Notes: generated by a model not told the origin, from the sequence alone. 45,535 bases of DNA from an uncultured Pseudomonadota bacterium (GCA_964470915.1 CAYYEM010000003.1:1-45535); one strand, 5' to 3'; numbered from the stretch's first letter, positions 10,310 through 19,535 are shown. A program made the numbers and translations.

Positions 10310-11536
10310 ATGTCAGGAAAAATCCGAGTCAAAGGTTTTAAGTTTGCCGGTATTCACGCTGGTATCAAAGAAAACCCCAATAAAAAAGATTTGTCGATTA
10401 TTTATAGTGAGGTGCCTTGTCAAATTGCGGCTACCTATACCACTAACCTAGCTAAAGCCGCGCCCGTTATTTTAGATGAAAAGAAAATGAAGAAAGGTTT
10501 GTGCCAGGCTATTATTATGAATAGTGGGAATGCCAATGCCTGTACAGGTGATCTTGGAATCAAAAATGCGCAAAAAATGATTGATGAAACAGCAAAGGCA
10601 TTAAATATTTCTTCCGATTTAGTTTTTGTTTCTTCTACTGGAAAAATTGGCGTGCAAATGCCTATCGAAAAAATTTCTCGTGGCATTCGAAAAATCGTTT
10701 CATTTTTAGACCCTTCTTCTATTGAAGAAGCGGCCCGTGGCATTTTAACCACTGACTTTTTTCCAAAAATTGCTTTTGTGAAAGGTAAAATAGGAAAAAC
10801 GTCTTACAGTATCGCAGGTTTTGCAAAAGGAGCTGGCATGATCGAGCCAGCGATGAAAGGACCGACTAGTAGTGGACAACTCCATGCTACGATGTTGGGT
10901 TATTTTTTAACGGATCTGAATATTTCTGCTAAAGTTCTTCAGCAAATTTGGAATAAAGTTGTAGATGAAACTTTTAATCGAATTACTGTAGATGGAGATA
11001 TGTCCACTAACGATACCGCTATTTTGCTTGCCAATGGCTTGGCAGGAAATTCAGCTCTTCGCTTTAACTCAAAAGAAGCCAAACAATTTGAAGAAAATCT
11101 AAAAAAAGTGGCCACAGATTTGGCACTTAAAATGGTTGAGGACGGTGAAGGGGCCACCAAAGTCGTAGAGTTGAACATTCAAGGCGCTCGTTCTGAAGCC
11201 GAAGCTAAAAGAATAGCTTACAAGGTGGGGCGCTCTCAATTGGTGAAAACCTCTTTTTTTGGTGAAGATCCTAATTGGGGCAGATTGCTTGCAGCAGTGG
11301 GTTATTCAGGTGAAAAAGTAAACCCTGAAAAAGTAGATATTTATTATGGAAAAGTGAAGCTAGTTTCTAAAGGTTTGGGCTTGCAAAAAACAGCAGAACG
11401 TAGGGCTCACCAAGTGATGAAAGCAAAGCATTTCCCCATCACAATTCATCTGAACCAGGGAAAATCCTCTTACCGAATCTGGACCTCAGATATTACCTAT
11501 GATTATGTGAAGTTGAATGCAGAATACAGGACTTAA
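10310..11536 (+). CDS. argJ: Bifunctional ornithine acetyltransferase / N-acetylglutamate synthase ArgJ
   Basis: 408 aa. ArgJ family pattern including the autoproteolytic site context HATMLGYFLTD and the C-terminal TSDITYDYVKLNAEYRT. Confidence 0.9.
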   Translation: MSGKIRVKGFKFAGIHAGIKENPNKKDLSIIYSEVPCQIAATYTTNLAKAAPVILDEKKMKKGLCQAIIMNSGNANACTGDLGIKNAQKMIDETAKALNISSDLVFVSSTGKIGVQMPIEKISRGIRKIVSFLDPSSIEEAARGILTTDFFPKIAFVKGKIGKTSYSIAGFAKGAGMIEPAMKGPTSSGQLHATMLGYFLTDLNISAKVLQQIWNKVVDETFNRITVDGDMSTNDTAILLANGLAGNSALRFNSKEAKQFEENLKKVATDLALKMVEDGEGATKVVELNIQGARSEAEAKRIAYKVGRSQLVKTSFFGEDPNWGRLLAAVGYSGEKVNPEKVDIYYGKVKLVSKGLGLQKTAERRAHQVMKAKHFPITIHLNQGKSSYRIWTSDITYDYVKLNAEYRT

Positions 11537-11600
11537 AGAAGTTAAAGTCTGATTAAAATAGTCTAAATTTCCTAAAATATTCTTTTTTTGTCATTCATTA

Positions 11601-11629
11601 GAAACTTTGCACTTTCGCTTTGCCGATGT
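11601..11629 (+). promoter_or_regulatory. Sigma-28-like promoter motif, copy 1 (upstream of sctV)
   Basis: GAAACTTT (11601-11608), N13, GCCGATGT (11622-11629), ending 22 nt before ATG 11652. This is one of four copies of AACTT-N16-CGAT. The -10 half matches the FliA consensus GCCGATAA. Confidence 0.55.
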
Positions 11630-11651
11630 AGAATGAGTAAAATCCAATTCT

Positions 11652-13775
11652 ATGTTCGATAAACTCAAATTTTCTAATATTAATGAACTCATCACCAAAT
11701 ACAGTGACTTGGTTTTGGCTGCCTTAGTCATTGTGGTTTTGAGCTTAGTGATTATTCCGCTGCCGTCTTGGCTTATCGATATTTTGCTCACTATCGATAT
11801 TGCTCTCAGTGTTCTTATTTTATTGGTCGCCCTCTATATTTCAGATGCTCTAAAAATCGCATCTTTTCCTACTATTTTATTGATGACTACCTTGTATCGT
11901 TTGTCTCTGAATATTGCAGCGACTCGTTTGATTTTGTCCGAAGGGGAAGCAGGGGAAGTTATTCATGCTTTTGGTAGTTTTGTGGTGGGAGGTAATTATG
12001 TAGTGGGGGGAATTTTATTTCTTATTATTACCTTAGTGAACTTTATCGTTATTGCGAAAGGTGCTGAACGTGTTTCTGAAGTAGGAGCTCGATTTACCTT
12101 GGATGCTATGCCTGGAAAACAAATGAGTATTGATGCTGATCTGCGTGCAGGAATTATTAATATGGAACAGGCCATGGAACGTCGCTCTATTTTGCAGCGT
12201 GAAGCTCAGATGTATGGAGCGATGGACGGTGCGATGAAATTCGTCAAAGGAGATGCTATCGCAGGTATTATTATTACTGTGATCAATATTATTGGAGGAC
12301 TGATCATTGGTGTCATGCAGCGAGGTATGGAGTTTTCCAATGCTATTCAAGCTTACACTACACTCACTATCGGGGATGGAATGGTGGCTCAAATTCCCGC
12401 ACTCATGATTTCAGTTGCGGCAGGTATTGTGGTGACGCGCGTTGCTTCTGAAAATAAAGAATCCAATCTTGGTAAAGAAATTGTAGGACAGGTCACTTCT
12501 TATCCTAAAGCAATCGTGATTACTGCGGTTCTCTTGTTTGTGATGGCCTTAATCCCAGGCTTACCTCATTTAGCTTTTTTTATTTTGTCAGGTGTTTTGG
12601 GTGCTGTTGCTTATTTTCTCACTCGTAATAAAAAAACCGAAACACAAGAGTTGGCCGAAATTCCTAAAGACCAAGTGGTTAAAAAAGCGATCGAAAAGCA
12701 TGGCGATGTTTTACCGTTTATTATGCCATCCCCTATTTCTCTTGAAGTAGGGGAGGCTATTATTCCTTGGGTGGATGATACTCAAGATGGCGGACGCTTT
12801 ATTAACGAGCTCATTCCTTTGCTTCGTCACGGTTTGTATTATGAGTTAGGGGTGAATTTTCCAGGCATACAAGTACGCGGACAAAATGTCGATATGGAGC
12901 CTGAAAGTTACATTATTAATATTAATGAGGTCCCCGTTGCCAAAGGCAGAATTTATCGAGGTTGTATTCTAGTTGGTGAGCCCTTAGAGCAGCTTTCCCT
13001 TTTTAATATTAAGGGAGTGGAAACCATTCATCCTATTGATGGCTCAATTGTTACCTGGATTGCGGAAGAGCATAAAGAAACTGCTATTCAAGCTGGGTTT
13101 AGAATGTGGGATATCGCAGAATATCTTATTTTGCATCTTTCCTATATTTTGCGAAAACATGCCCATGAATTTTTAGGCTTACAAGAAATTCAAACCTTGT
13201 TGAATGAACTTGAGAAGTCTCATCCTGCCTTGGTGAAAGAATTGGTGCCCAAGGTAATAACGGTGTTGCAACTTTCAGAAATTTTTCAGCGTTTGGTGCA
13301 GGAAGAAATTGCGATTCGAGATTTGAAGTCTATTTTTTCCACTTTAGCTCAATGGGCAGAAGTTGAAAGAAATACACTGGTTCTCACTGAACATATTCGT
13401 GCTGGACTCAAACGCTATATTACTCATCGCTATGCGGGTCACGCGAATACACTGGCTGTTTATTTACTAGATCCTGACATAGAAGATCAGGTACGCAATG
13501 CAATTCGTACAACCGAAAAAGGAAACTATTTAGCTTTAGAACCTGAAATTACCCAAGAGATTGTAGAGTCAGTCGGTAAAGAAATTGCTTCTCATCCTTT
13601 TCCACCTGGAGCACGTCCTCCAGTAATATTAACTACGGCCGAAATTCGACGTTATTTTCGAAAAATTATAGAATTGGAATTTCCGCAATTGGCTGTTTTA
13701 TCCTATCAAGAGCTTTCTGAAAATCTTCGTATCCAACCGATTGCAAGAGTGGGTTTGCAGAAACAGATGACTTAA
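11652..13775 (+). CDS. sctV: T3SS export gate protein SctV (FlhA/YscV/InvA, FHIPEP family)
   Basis: 707 aa. N-terminal polytopic membrane domain with the FHIPEP signature GAERVSEVGARFTLDAMPGKQMSIDADLRAG, followed by a large cytoplasmic C-terminal domain. Confidence 0.9.
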   Translation: MFDKLKFSNINELITKYSDLVLAALVIVVLSLVIIPLPSWLIDILLTIDIALSVLILLVALYISDALKIASFPTILLMTTLYRLSLNIAATRLILSEGEAGEVIHAFGSFVVGGNYVVGGILFLIITLVNFIVIAKGAERVSEVGARFTLDAMPGKQMSIDADLRAGIINMEQAMERRSILQREAQMYGAMDGAMKFVKGDAIAGIIITVINIIGGLIIGVMQRGMEFSNAIQAYTTLTIGDGMVAQIPALMISVAAGIVVTRVASENKESNLGKEIVGQVTSYPKAIVITAVLLFVMALIPGLPHLAFFILSGVLGAVAYFLTRNKKTETQELAEIPKDQVVKKAIEKHGDVLPFIMPSPISLEVGEAIIPWVDDTQDGGRFINELIPLLRHGLYYELGVNFPGIQVRGQNVDMEPESYIININEVPVAKGRIYRGCILVGEPLEQLSLFNIKGVETIHPIDGSIVTWIAEEHKETAIQAGFRMWDIAEYLILHLSYILRKHAHEFLGLQEIQTLLNELEKSHPALVKELVPKVITVLQLSEIFQRLVQEEIAIRDLKSIFSTLAQWAEVERNTLVLTEHIRAGLKRYITHRYAGHANTLAVYLLDPDIEDQVRNAIRTTEKGNYLALEPEITQEIVESVGKEIASHPFPPGARPPVILTTAEIRRYFRKIIELEFPQLAVLSYQELSENLRIQPIARVGLQKQMT

Positions 13776-13793
13776 AATCAGACGAAGTGAATT

Positions 13794-14870
13794 TTATTTT
13801 AAAAGAATGCTCACAATTCCAATGAGAGCAAAAAGCAGCACAAGCACTCCAACGCCAATTAATATTTTTTCTGTCATTGAAAGCCCTGTTTCTTGGGAGG
13901 GGGCTACTTGATTTTGTTTTTCCTCAGGTAAAGCTTTCGAAGCGGAATCTTCTTTATCAGCTTCGCTTTCAGCAGCATTGTTAGCTTGTTCTGCGGCTAC
14001 GGCATCTGCTTCGGCTTTTTCTTTTTCGATTTCAGCTTCTTCTTCCTCTTTTTTGAGCTTCGCTGCTTCTTCTTCCTCTTGTTTCTTTTGAGCGATTTCC
14101 ATCATTTCAGATTCACGAAGAGCTGCCTCTTTCTTTTTGCGTGAAATTTCTTCACTGATAGCATCAATGTTAATATCTTGAGGATTGCGATAGATGAGTT
14201 TGATGGTGCCTAATAAAACTTTGTCTCCATCTCGCAGTAATTTTTCAGCAACTTTTTCATTATTCACAAAACAACCGTTGCGACTATTTAAATCCATGAG
14301 CACGATGCCGCCCCATTTTTTAATGAGTTTGGCATGTCGTCTTGAAATAACAGCTTCATCTATCTGGAGACTACAATTTGGATCTCGACCAATATCTACT
14401 TCTTGTTGGGCATCATCAAAAAAGATTTTTTTTCCTTCTGCAGAACCATTTAATACTTCAAGGCTGGGAGTTGAATCTTTATCGAGTGCCTTGAGAACTT
14501 TTTTGATCATTTTAATTTCGATAATATCAGTGTCGGTGTCTTCCTCAATCGGTTTGTTTAAACCTTCTTCCAGTAGATGAAAGGCAATTTCGTAGCTTTC
14601 TATTTTGATCAGATCATTGGATCGGAGTAAGTGTTTTTCAATAGAGCGTATGCGCTTACCGTTAAGATAGGTGCCGTTGCCACTTTTGAGATCGATGAGA
14701 AAATAATCTTCAGCATCTTTGACTATTTCAGCATGTTTTCTGGAAATGCTTTTATCAGCAAGTTCAATGTCACAGGCGCCTGTTCTTCCAATGGTGATCG
14801 TATCTTGTGGAAGATTGTACACCTGTTCTTCTTGAGTTTTTTGGTTTTTAACAATCAGTCGTGGAATCAC
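13794..14870 (-). CDS. Tail-anchored protein with two FHA domains and an acidic coiled coil
   Basis: 358 aa. FHA 1: ITIGRTGACDIELADKSISRKHAEI..DLKSGNGTYLNGKRI. FHA 2: VDIGRDPNCSLQIDEAVISRRHAKL..DLNSRNGCFVNNEKV. An E/K/A-rich segment is followed by a single C-terminal TM ILIGVGVLVLLFALIGIVSILL. Confidence 0.85.
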   Translation of the reverse strand: MIPRLIVKNQKTQEEQVYNLPQDTITIGRTGACDIELADKSISRKHAEIVKDAEDYFLIDLKSGNGTYLNGKRIRSIEKHLLRSNDLIKIESYEIAFHLLEEGLNKPIEEDTDTDIIEIKMIKKVLKALDKDSTPSLEVLNGSAEGKKIFFDDAQQEVDIGRDPNCSLQIDEAVISRRHAKLIKKWGGIVLMDLNSRNGCFVNNEKVAEKLLRDGDKVLLGTIKLIYRNPQDINIDAISEEISRKKKEAALRESEMMEIAQKKQEEEEAAKLKKEEEEAEIEKEKAEADAVAAEQANNAAESEADKEDSASKALPEEKQNQVAPSQETGLSMTEKILIGVGVLVLLFALIGIVSILLK

Positions 14871-14885
14871 TTAGACCAGCCTTTA

Positions 14886-16082
14886 CTATTTGCACTGCAC
14901 TGCTTGTCCTACTTTTTGTTTTTCATTTTCAAATTCTTTTGGAGCTTCCTTGATAAAGCGGCATAAAAACTTTTCTGCTTCGGAGCGGTTGCCCATTTCA
15001 CCTTCAAGCAGTCCAAGTGCAAGTAAACTACGATAATGGTTAGAATTCATTTGTAATGCTTTTGCATACCATTCTTTTGCTCCAGCATTATTTCCCATTT
15101 TTTTAAAGGTGAATGCGAGATTGTAAGCTGCATCTGCATTGCGTCCATCGAGTCCAATTGATTTTTGAAAATAATCAATCGCAGCTTGATAATTAGATTG
15201 TGCTAATTTCAAAAGGCCTAAATTGTAATAAACGGCGCTGTTACCAGGCTCTGATTGCAACGCGAGATTAAGCTCTTGTTCAGCTAGGGGGTAATTTTTT
15301 TCGTTTATGTAATGGGCCCCCAGCATTAAATGTGAAGTGGAGCTATTGGGCTGATTGACCATCGCGCGATTTAAAGCTTCTTGTGCCTTCGCAACATTGC
15401 CTTGTTTCTGATACAGTTGCGAAAGAGCAAGCCATGCTTCAGGACTGTTTGGATTCGTTTCGACCGCCACTTTAAAGCGAATGAGCGCATCTTCAAGTTG
15501 TCCTTGTTCCATATAAAGATGACCCAGTTCTAGAGAAGCAAGGTAGTAATTGGGGCTAGCTTCAGTGGCTCGTTTGAAAGCATCAATGGCGTCTTTGGTT
15601 CGATTTTTTTGATTAAACTGAAGGACCTGAGTTTTGTAAGCTAAGCCTAGATTGTAATAAGCATCGGCGTATTTTTTATTGGCGGAAATGGCTTTCTTGA
15701 AGCAACTAATTGCTTTGTCGTAATTGCCTTGAGCGGCATAGATAGTGCCCAAGCCAGTCCAGGCACCTGCATACTTTCCATCGATTTTGAGAGCTTGGTT
15801 ATAAGTTTCAATGGCCTTTTCATATTCTTTTTTATGTTTGTAGGCGAGTCCTAGGTTGTTCCAGGCTTCCATATATTCGGGTGAAATTTCAATCGCTGTT
15901 TTAAATTCAAAAATCGCTTTATCAATTTGCTGTTGGGTGAGGTATTGGGCGCCCAAATTGTTATGATAAACAGCACGGTTTTGGGGTCTCACAATATATT
16001 TTGATTGTAGCGGGCTTATCCAAGAAAACACGAAACAAGTGGTGAAAAGTAAAGATAATAAAAAGAAGTTAATTTTTTTCAT
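14886..16082 (-). CDS. Secreted/lipoprotein TPR-repeat protein
   Basis: 398 aa. N-terminal signal sequence MKKINFFLLSLLFTTCFVFS, then about 9-10 TPR units (repeated ..A...Y..AL...P....A..NLG..Y... pattern). Confidence 0.8.
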   Translation of the reverse strand: MKKINFFLLSLLFTTCFVFSWISPLQSKYIVRPQNRAVYHNNLGAQYLTQQQIDKAIFEFKTAIEISPEYMEAWNNLGLAYKHKKEYEKAIETYNQALKIDGKYAGAWTGLGTIYAAQGNYDKAISCFKKAISANKKYADAYYNLGLAYKTQVLQFNQKNRTKDAIDAFKRATEASPNYYLASLELGHLYMEQGQLEDALIRFKVAVETNPNSPEAWLALSQLYQKQGNVAKAQEALNRAMVNQPNSSTSHLMLGAHYINEKNYPLAEQELNLALQSEPGNSAVYYNLGLLKLAQSNYQAAIDYFQKSIGLDGRNADAAYNLAFTFKKMGNNAGAKEWYAKALQMNSNHYRSLLALGLLEGEMGNRSEAEKFLCRFIKEAPKEFENEKQKVGQAVQCK

Positions 16083-16105
16083 AGGATGTTAAAAAAAAGT
16101 AAAAA

Positions 16106-16134
16106 ATTATAGATTTCAAAAGGCTAATCGTCAA
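16106..16134 (-). promoter_or_regulatory. Sigma-70-type promoter for the TPR / double-FHA operon
   Basis: On the minus strand: TTGACG (16134-16129), a 17-nt spacer, then TATAAT (16111-16106), upstream of start codon 16082. Confidence 0.5.
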
Positions 16135-16242
16135 GGAATTATCGTTTATTTTATTTGCAATATCAATGTTTTATGTTAATTTTTCATAAAGTATAAGTTG
16201 GATTTTTTTTTAATCTTTAAGTAGTAAAGGCTTTGTTTATTC

Positions 16243-18411
16243 ATGAAAGGTTCCTCTAAATCACCCCTAGAAGAAGCAACTCTAATCAAAGCTTTCAATG
16301 ACTTTGAAAAACCCAAGGATATTTCCCGAGGTGCAGATGCTTATCCTCTTTTAGAGATTGTTACGGGCCCGAAGCAAGGTAGCTGGTTTACCTTAACTCA
16401 TCAGAAGGAAGTCTCGCTGGGTCGTGCTAATGTCAATAGTATTGTTTTGGAAGATAATAGTGTGTCTCGTTCTCATGCGGTGATTCACGAGTTAGAAGGA
16501 AAGTATTTTGTTAAGGATGTAGGTTCTCGAAATGGCACTTTCGTGAATGAGAAAAAAATTCAGGAAGATTTTCAACTCAAACAAGGCGATTTAGTAAAGG
16601 TTGGTATTTATACACTTCGTTTTTTAAAAGATCAGAGTGGCGATTTGCCTTTGGTCGAAGAAGTTTCAGAGCCATCTGTTCCTATTGATAAGTTGGATGC
16701 CCAAGTTTCAGAAGCCCATTTAGATTTAGAAGCGATTGAAAAAGCAGCTTCTGAAGATCAAGGGGAAGTGGCAGAAGATAAAACTAATCGAGAAGAGATC
16801 CCCGAATCTGCAGCGCCCTCTCAAGAAATGGAAATGGTAGAATCCCGTCCTGAAGCTGTAAGTCAGTCTAAAGGTGGAAGTAGGGCACTTAAAAATTTGA
16901 GCTACTTGTTGGTAACTCTTATTTTACTAGGAGGGGTGGGGTATACCTTTTACCGTTTTTATATTAAGAAAAGAATTACATCGGTACAAACAACTGCGAA
17001 TACAGATAATCCTGTGAATGAAAATCCTGTCCAGCAAGCGCCTGTAGTTCAAACGCCCGAACAAATCACTCAACAGTTGCCTCCTGTTCAGGCAGGCCCT
17101 AGCGTCCCAGTATTTTTAGAGGTGAATGCAGAACCTCTTCAAGCAAAGATTTTTTATCAGGGAAAAGAATTAGGTCTTACACCTTTTAAAACAAACATTA
17201 CAGTTCCTGTGGGAGCGCCTCAGGAGCTCGTTGCCGTTTATCATTTCCAAGAATTTAATCAGGATTTTAGCGAGAAGAAAACTTTTACAGTCTCTCAACA
17301 GGATGAGTTGATTAAGGTTGATTTTATAGGTTCTGTTGGGAGCTTAAATTTTAAAAGCTTACCCAAAGATGTTCAGCTTTATCTTGAAGGGACTTTTTCT
17401 TCCAATCAACTTAAAACCCAAGCTTCAAAGCTAACGGACATTGTTTATAATCGTCCGATTCATCTCCCTTTTGGGAATTATACATTAGAAATGAAAAAGC
17501 CAGAAGCTTTAGAAGGCTCTCAAACAGTAGTGGATGTGGTAAAGTTTAGAAGAGAGTTTGCTCTTTCAAAGGAAAGTCCAACTTTTGATTTATCTCTTAC
17601 AGATCAAGATGTGAGTGTGTTTCCTGCAAAGATTAAAACAAGCCCAGAAGGTGCTGAGGTCTTGGTTGATGGAAAAAAGATGGGAGAAACCCCCTATGAT
17701 GGAAATCTTCCTTTAGGAAAACATAAGCTTGTTCTCAAAAAAGAAGGTTTTTACGACCATGAACAAGAACTCTCCATGACGATGAATACGCCTTTTAATG
17801 CAGAAGTGCCTTTACGAACTTCTGAGGCAGGAGCTTTTATAAATAGAGGGAGAGATCTGATTAGACAGGGTCAATATGCACAAGCGATTGATCAATTATC
17901 AGAAGCTTTAAAGCATAATCCTTCAGAACAAGAAGTTGCGCAAATACAAGTTTTGTTAGGTTCATCTTATATTAAGACGGGAGCCTATGATGTCGCGATC
18001 GGTTATTTTGAAAAAGCTAAGCAAAATGAAACTTATAAGGGACAAGCTGACTTAGGTATCGCAGAAGCAAGTTTTGCGAATGGTAAAAAAGATATCGCTA
18101 TTTCACGTGTGATTGATGTGATTTTAAATGATAAAAATGAAAAAATAAAATCAGACGCGGAAACTTTGTTTCATAAAATCTCTCCTCTAAAATCTGTTGT
18201 TTTGGTGAGCACTGATCCTCCTGGAGCAAAAATAACTTTGAATGGTCAGGAAATTTCTCAGCCTAGTCCCATTGTATTGTCAGATTTATCTTTGGGTTCT
18301 TATCGAGTCAGTATTGAAAAGGAAGGGTATAAACGCTTTGAAAGCCGTTTCCAGTTAGTTGTTTCTAGCTTTAAGCCTGTTGTGGTGAAGCTTGAACCAC
18401 TTCCCCAGTAA
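16243..18411 (+). CDS. FHA - TM - PEGA-domain - TPR membrane protein (candidate SctD-like scaffold)
   Basis: 722 aa. N-terminal FHA (VSLGRANVNSIVLEDNSVSRSHAVI..DVGSRNGTFVNEKKI), acidic linker, TM LSYLLVTLILLGGVGYTFYRFYI, Pro/Gln-rich spacer, several PEGA-type beta domains (IKTSPEGAEVLVDGKKMGETPY..GKHKLVLKKEGF; VSTDPPGAKITLNGQEIS..GSYRVSIEKEGY) and TPR repeats. Confidence 0.8.
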   Translation: MKGSSKSPLEEATLIKAFNDFEKPKDISRGADAYPLLEIVTGPKQGSWFTLTHQKEVSLGRANVNSIVLEDNSVSRSHAVIHELEGKYFVKDVGSRNGTFVNEKKIQEDFQLKQGDLVKVGIYTLRFLKDQSGDLPLVEEVSEPSVPIDKLDAQVSEAHLDLEAIEKAASEDQGEVAEDKTNREEIPESAAPSQEMEMVESRPEAVSQSKGGSRALKNLSYLLVTLILLGGVGYTFYRFYIKKRITSVQTTANTDNPVNENPVQQAPVVQTPEQITQQLPPVQAGPSVPVFLEVNAEPLQAKIFYQGKELGLTPFKTNITVPVGAPQELVAVYHFQEFNQDFSEKKTFTVSQQDELIKVDFIGSVGSLNFKSLPKDVQLYLEGTFSSNQLKTQASKLTDIVYNRPIHLPFGNYTLEMKKPEALEGSQTVVDVVKFRREFALSKESPTFDLSLTDQDVSVFPAKIKTSPEGAEVLVDGKKMGETPYDGNLPLGKHKLVLKKEGFYDHEQELSMTMNTPFNAEVPLRTSEAGAFINRGRDLIRQGQYAQAIDQLSEALKHNPSEQEVAQIQVLLGSSYIKTGAYDVAIGYFEKAKQNETYKGQADLGIAEASFANGKKDIAISRVIDVILNDKNEKIKSDAETLFHKISPLKSVVLVSTDPPGAKITLNGQEISQPSPIVLSDLSLGSYRVSIEKEGYKRFESRFQLVVSSFKPVVVKLEPLPQ

Positions 18412-18424
18412 AAATTCCCTTTCC

Positions 18425-18453
18425 TTGACGCTTGATTTGTAAAAAGTTAAAAT
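18425..18453 (+). promoter_or_regulatory. Sigma-70-type promoter upstream of the 95-aa ORF
   Basis: TTGACG (18425-18430), a 17-nt spacer, then TAAAAT (18448-18453). Confidence 0.5.
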
Positions 18454-18499
18454 TACTTAAGTTTTTTTCAATTACTTTACTTAAATTGAAAGAAAGGTT

Positions 18500-18787
18500 G
18501 TGTTTGTGGCGACAGCTCCTAAAAAAGAAGATTCTAGCATGGTGGGTTACCCACGTATTGAACGTCTCATAGATACGGAAGAATTTGATTCTGTAAATAA
18601 GAGCTTTGCCTCTGCCTATGGTGAATTGGAGAAGGTAGCTCGTCAAAAAGCAGGTCTTGGAAAAGCTAAACAGGCTAAAAAAGCTATGAGAACTTATGAG
18701 CTTGTAATGGATTTATTGAAAGAATTGTTAAAACTTAAGTACCAAATGCAAGAAGCGTTAAAACAACAAGAAACTCAAAAAAAGTAA
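18500..18787 (+). CDS. Small basic helical hypothetical protein (start uncertain: GTG 18500/18506 or ATG 18539)
   Basis: 95-aa ORF, K/E/Q-rich and predicted helical, directly upstream of the first needle-like gene. AAAGG at 18493-18497 favours GTG 18506. Confidence 0.4.
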   Translation: MFVATAPKKEDSSMVGYPRIERLIDTEEFDSVNKSFASAYGELEKVARQKAGLGKAKQAKKAMRTYELVMDLLKELLKLKYQMQEALKQQETQKK

Positions 18788-18797
18788 GAAGTCTAAC

Positions 18798-18826
18798 ACA
18801 ACTTTTAAGTCAGGCATTTACGATAA
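18798..18826 (+). promoter_or_regulatory. Sigma-28-like promoter motif, copy 2 (upstream of Gly-rich needle-like gene 1)
   Basis: ACAACTTT (18798-18805), N13, TACGATAA (18819-18826), ending 50 nt before ATG 18877. It shares the invariant AACTT-N16-CGAT. Confidence 0.5.
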
Positions 18827-18876
18827 CTGAAACGAAGGGCCATAAGGCTTGTAAGACTTAAGTAGGAGATCAAAAA

Positions 18877-19428
18877 ATGCCAGGTTATTCATACGATTCA
18901 AGTTTTTCTCCCATCGATCCATCAGCGACACGGGAATACGTAAGCTCTGGAAACAGAGGTTATAGCCCGACTGAAGGCTTGTTCTCTTCTCTCTATAATA
19001 ATTTAATTGGGCCTACAGCCATGGCTGGAGCTAGTTATATGGCATCAGCGCCTGGAAGTGGTTTGTTTGGTCGACAGGTGGTGGCTGCAGCCATTTCTGG
19101 TGCTGTCGGTGGTGGTAATGGTGGTGGTACAATGGGGGGCGGTTCTCTTCGCGGAAACTTTATTGGAGCTCCTCCTCCTCCCCCAGGTATGGGATCAGGT
19201 GGTGGTGGTATGCCTGCTCCTCCTACTTTTGGCGGTGGGGCTTCAGGCGCAGGTTTTGGGCCTGATGCTATGCAAGGCAATATTGATGCTATGTTTAATA
19301 ACAATATGATGTTTTTGATGATGCAAACTAAAGTTCAAAACTTGAGTCAACAAATGCAATCAATCTCTAACATCTTTAAAGCAGATCACGATGCTCGTAG
19401 TAATGCGATTCGTAACTTTAGAAGCTAA
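18877..19428 (+). CDS. Gly/Pro-rich protein with needle-subunit-like (SctF-like) C-terminus, paralogue 1
   Basis: 183 aa with strong RBS TAGGAG. Low-complexity Gly/Pro core containing GGGSLRGNF and PPPPPG. C-terminal helix ..QSISNIFKADHDARSNAIRNFRS resembles the ..KVFKDIDAAIIQNFR end of PrgI/MxiH. Followed by a strong terminator. Confidence 0.65.
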   Translation: MPGYSYDSSFSPIDPSATREYVSSGNRGYSPTEGLFSSLYNNLIGPTAMAGASYMASAPGSGLFGRQVVAAAISGAVGGGNGGGTMGGGSLRGNFIGAPPPPPGMGSGGGGMPAPPTFGGGASGAGFGPDAMQGNIDAMFNNNMMFLMMQTKVQNLSQQMQSISNIFKADHDARSNAIRNFRS

Positions 19429-19457
19429 TTGTTCGAAATCATTCTTGAAATTAAAAA

Positions 19458-19487
19458 GGGTAGCAATAAAATTGCTACCCTTTTTTT
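19458..19487 (+). terminator. Rho-independent terminator after needle-like gene 1
   Basis: GGGTAGCAAT (19458-19467), loop AAA, ATTGCTACCC (19471-19480), followed by T7. Confidence 0.85.
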
Positions 19488-19535
19488 CATTCATCAGGTA
19501 TTTTAAGTGTATTAACTTAAAGGGAGGTTTTATTC

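Noticed and set aside
19007-19309. ORFs in alternative frame or strand over the Gly/Pro-rich core of needle-like gene 1 (19007..19309 +, 19035..19304 -), and likewise 34320..34505 (-) over paralogue 3
   Set aside because: These are shadow ORFs created by GGN/CCN-rich low-complexity coding sequence. They have no RBS and are fully nested in better-supported genes.
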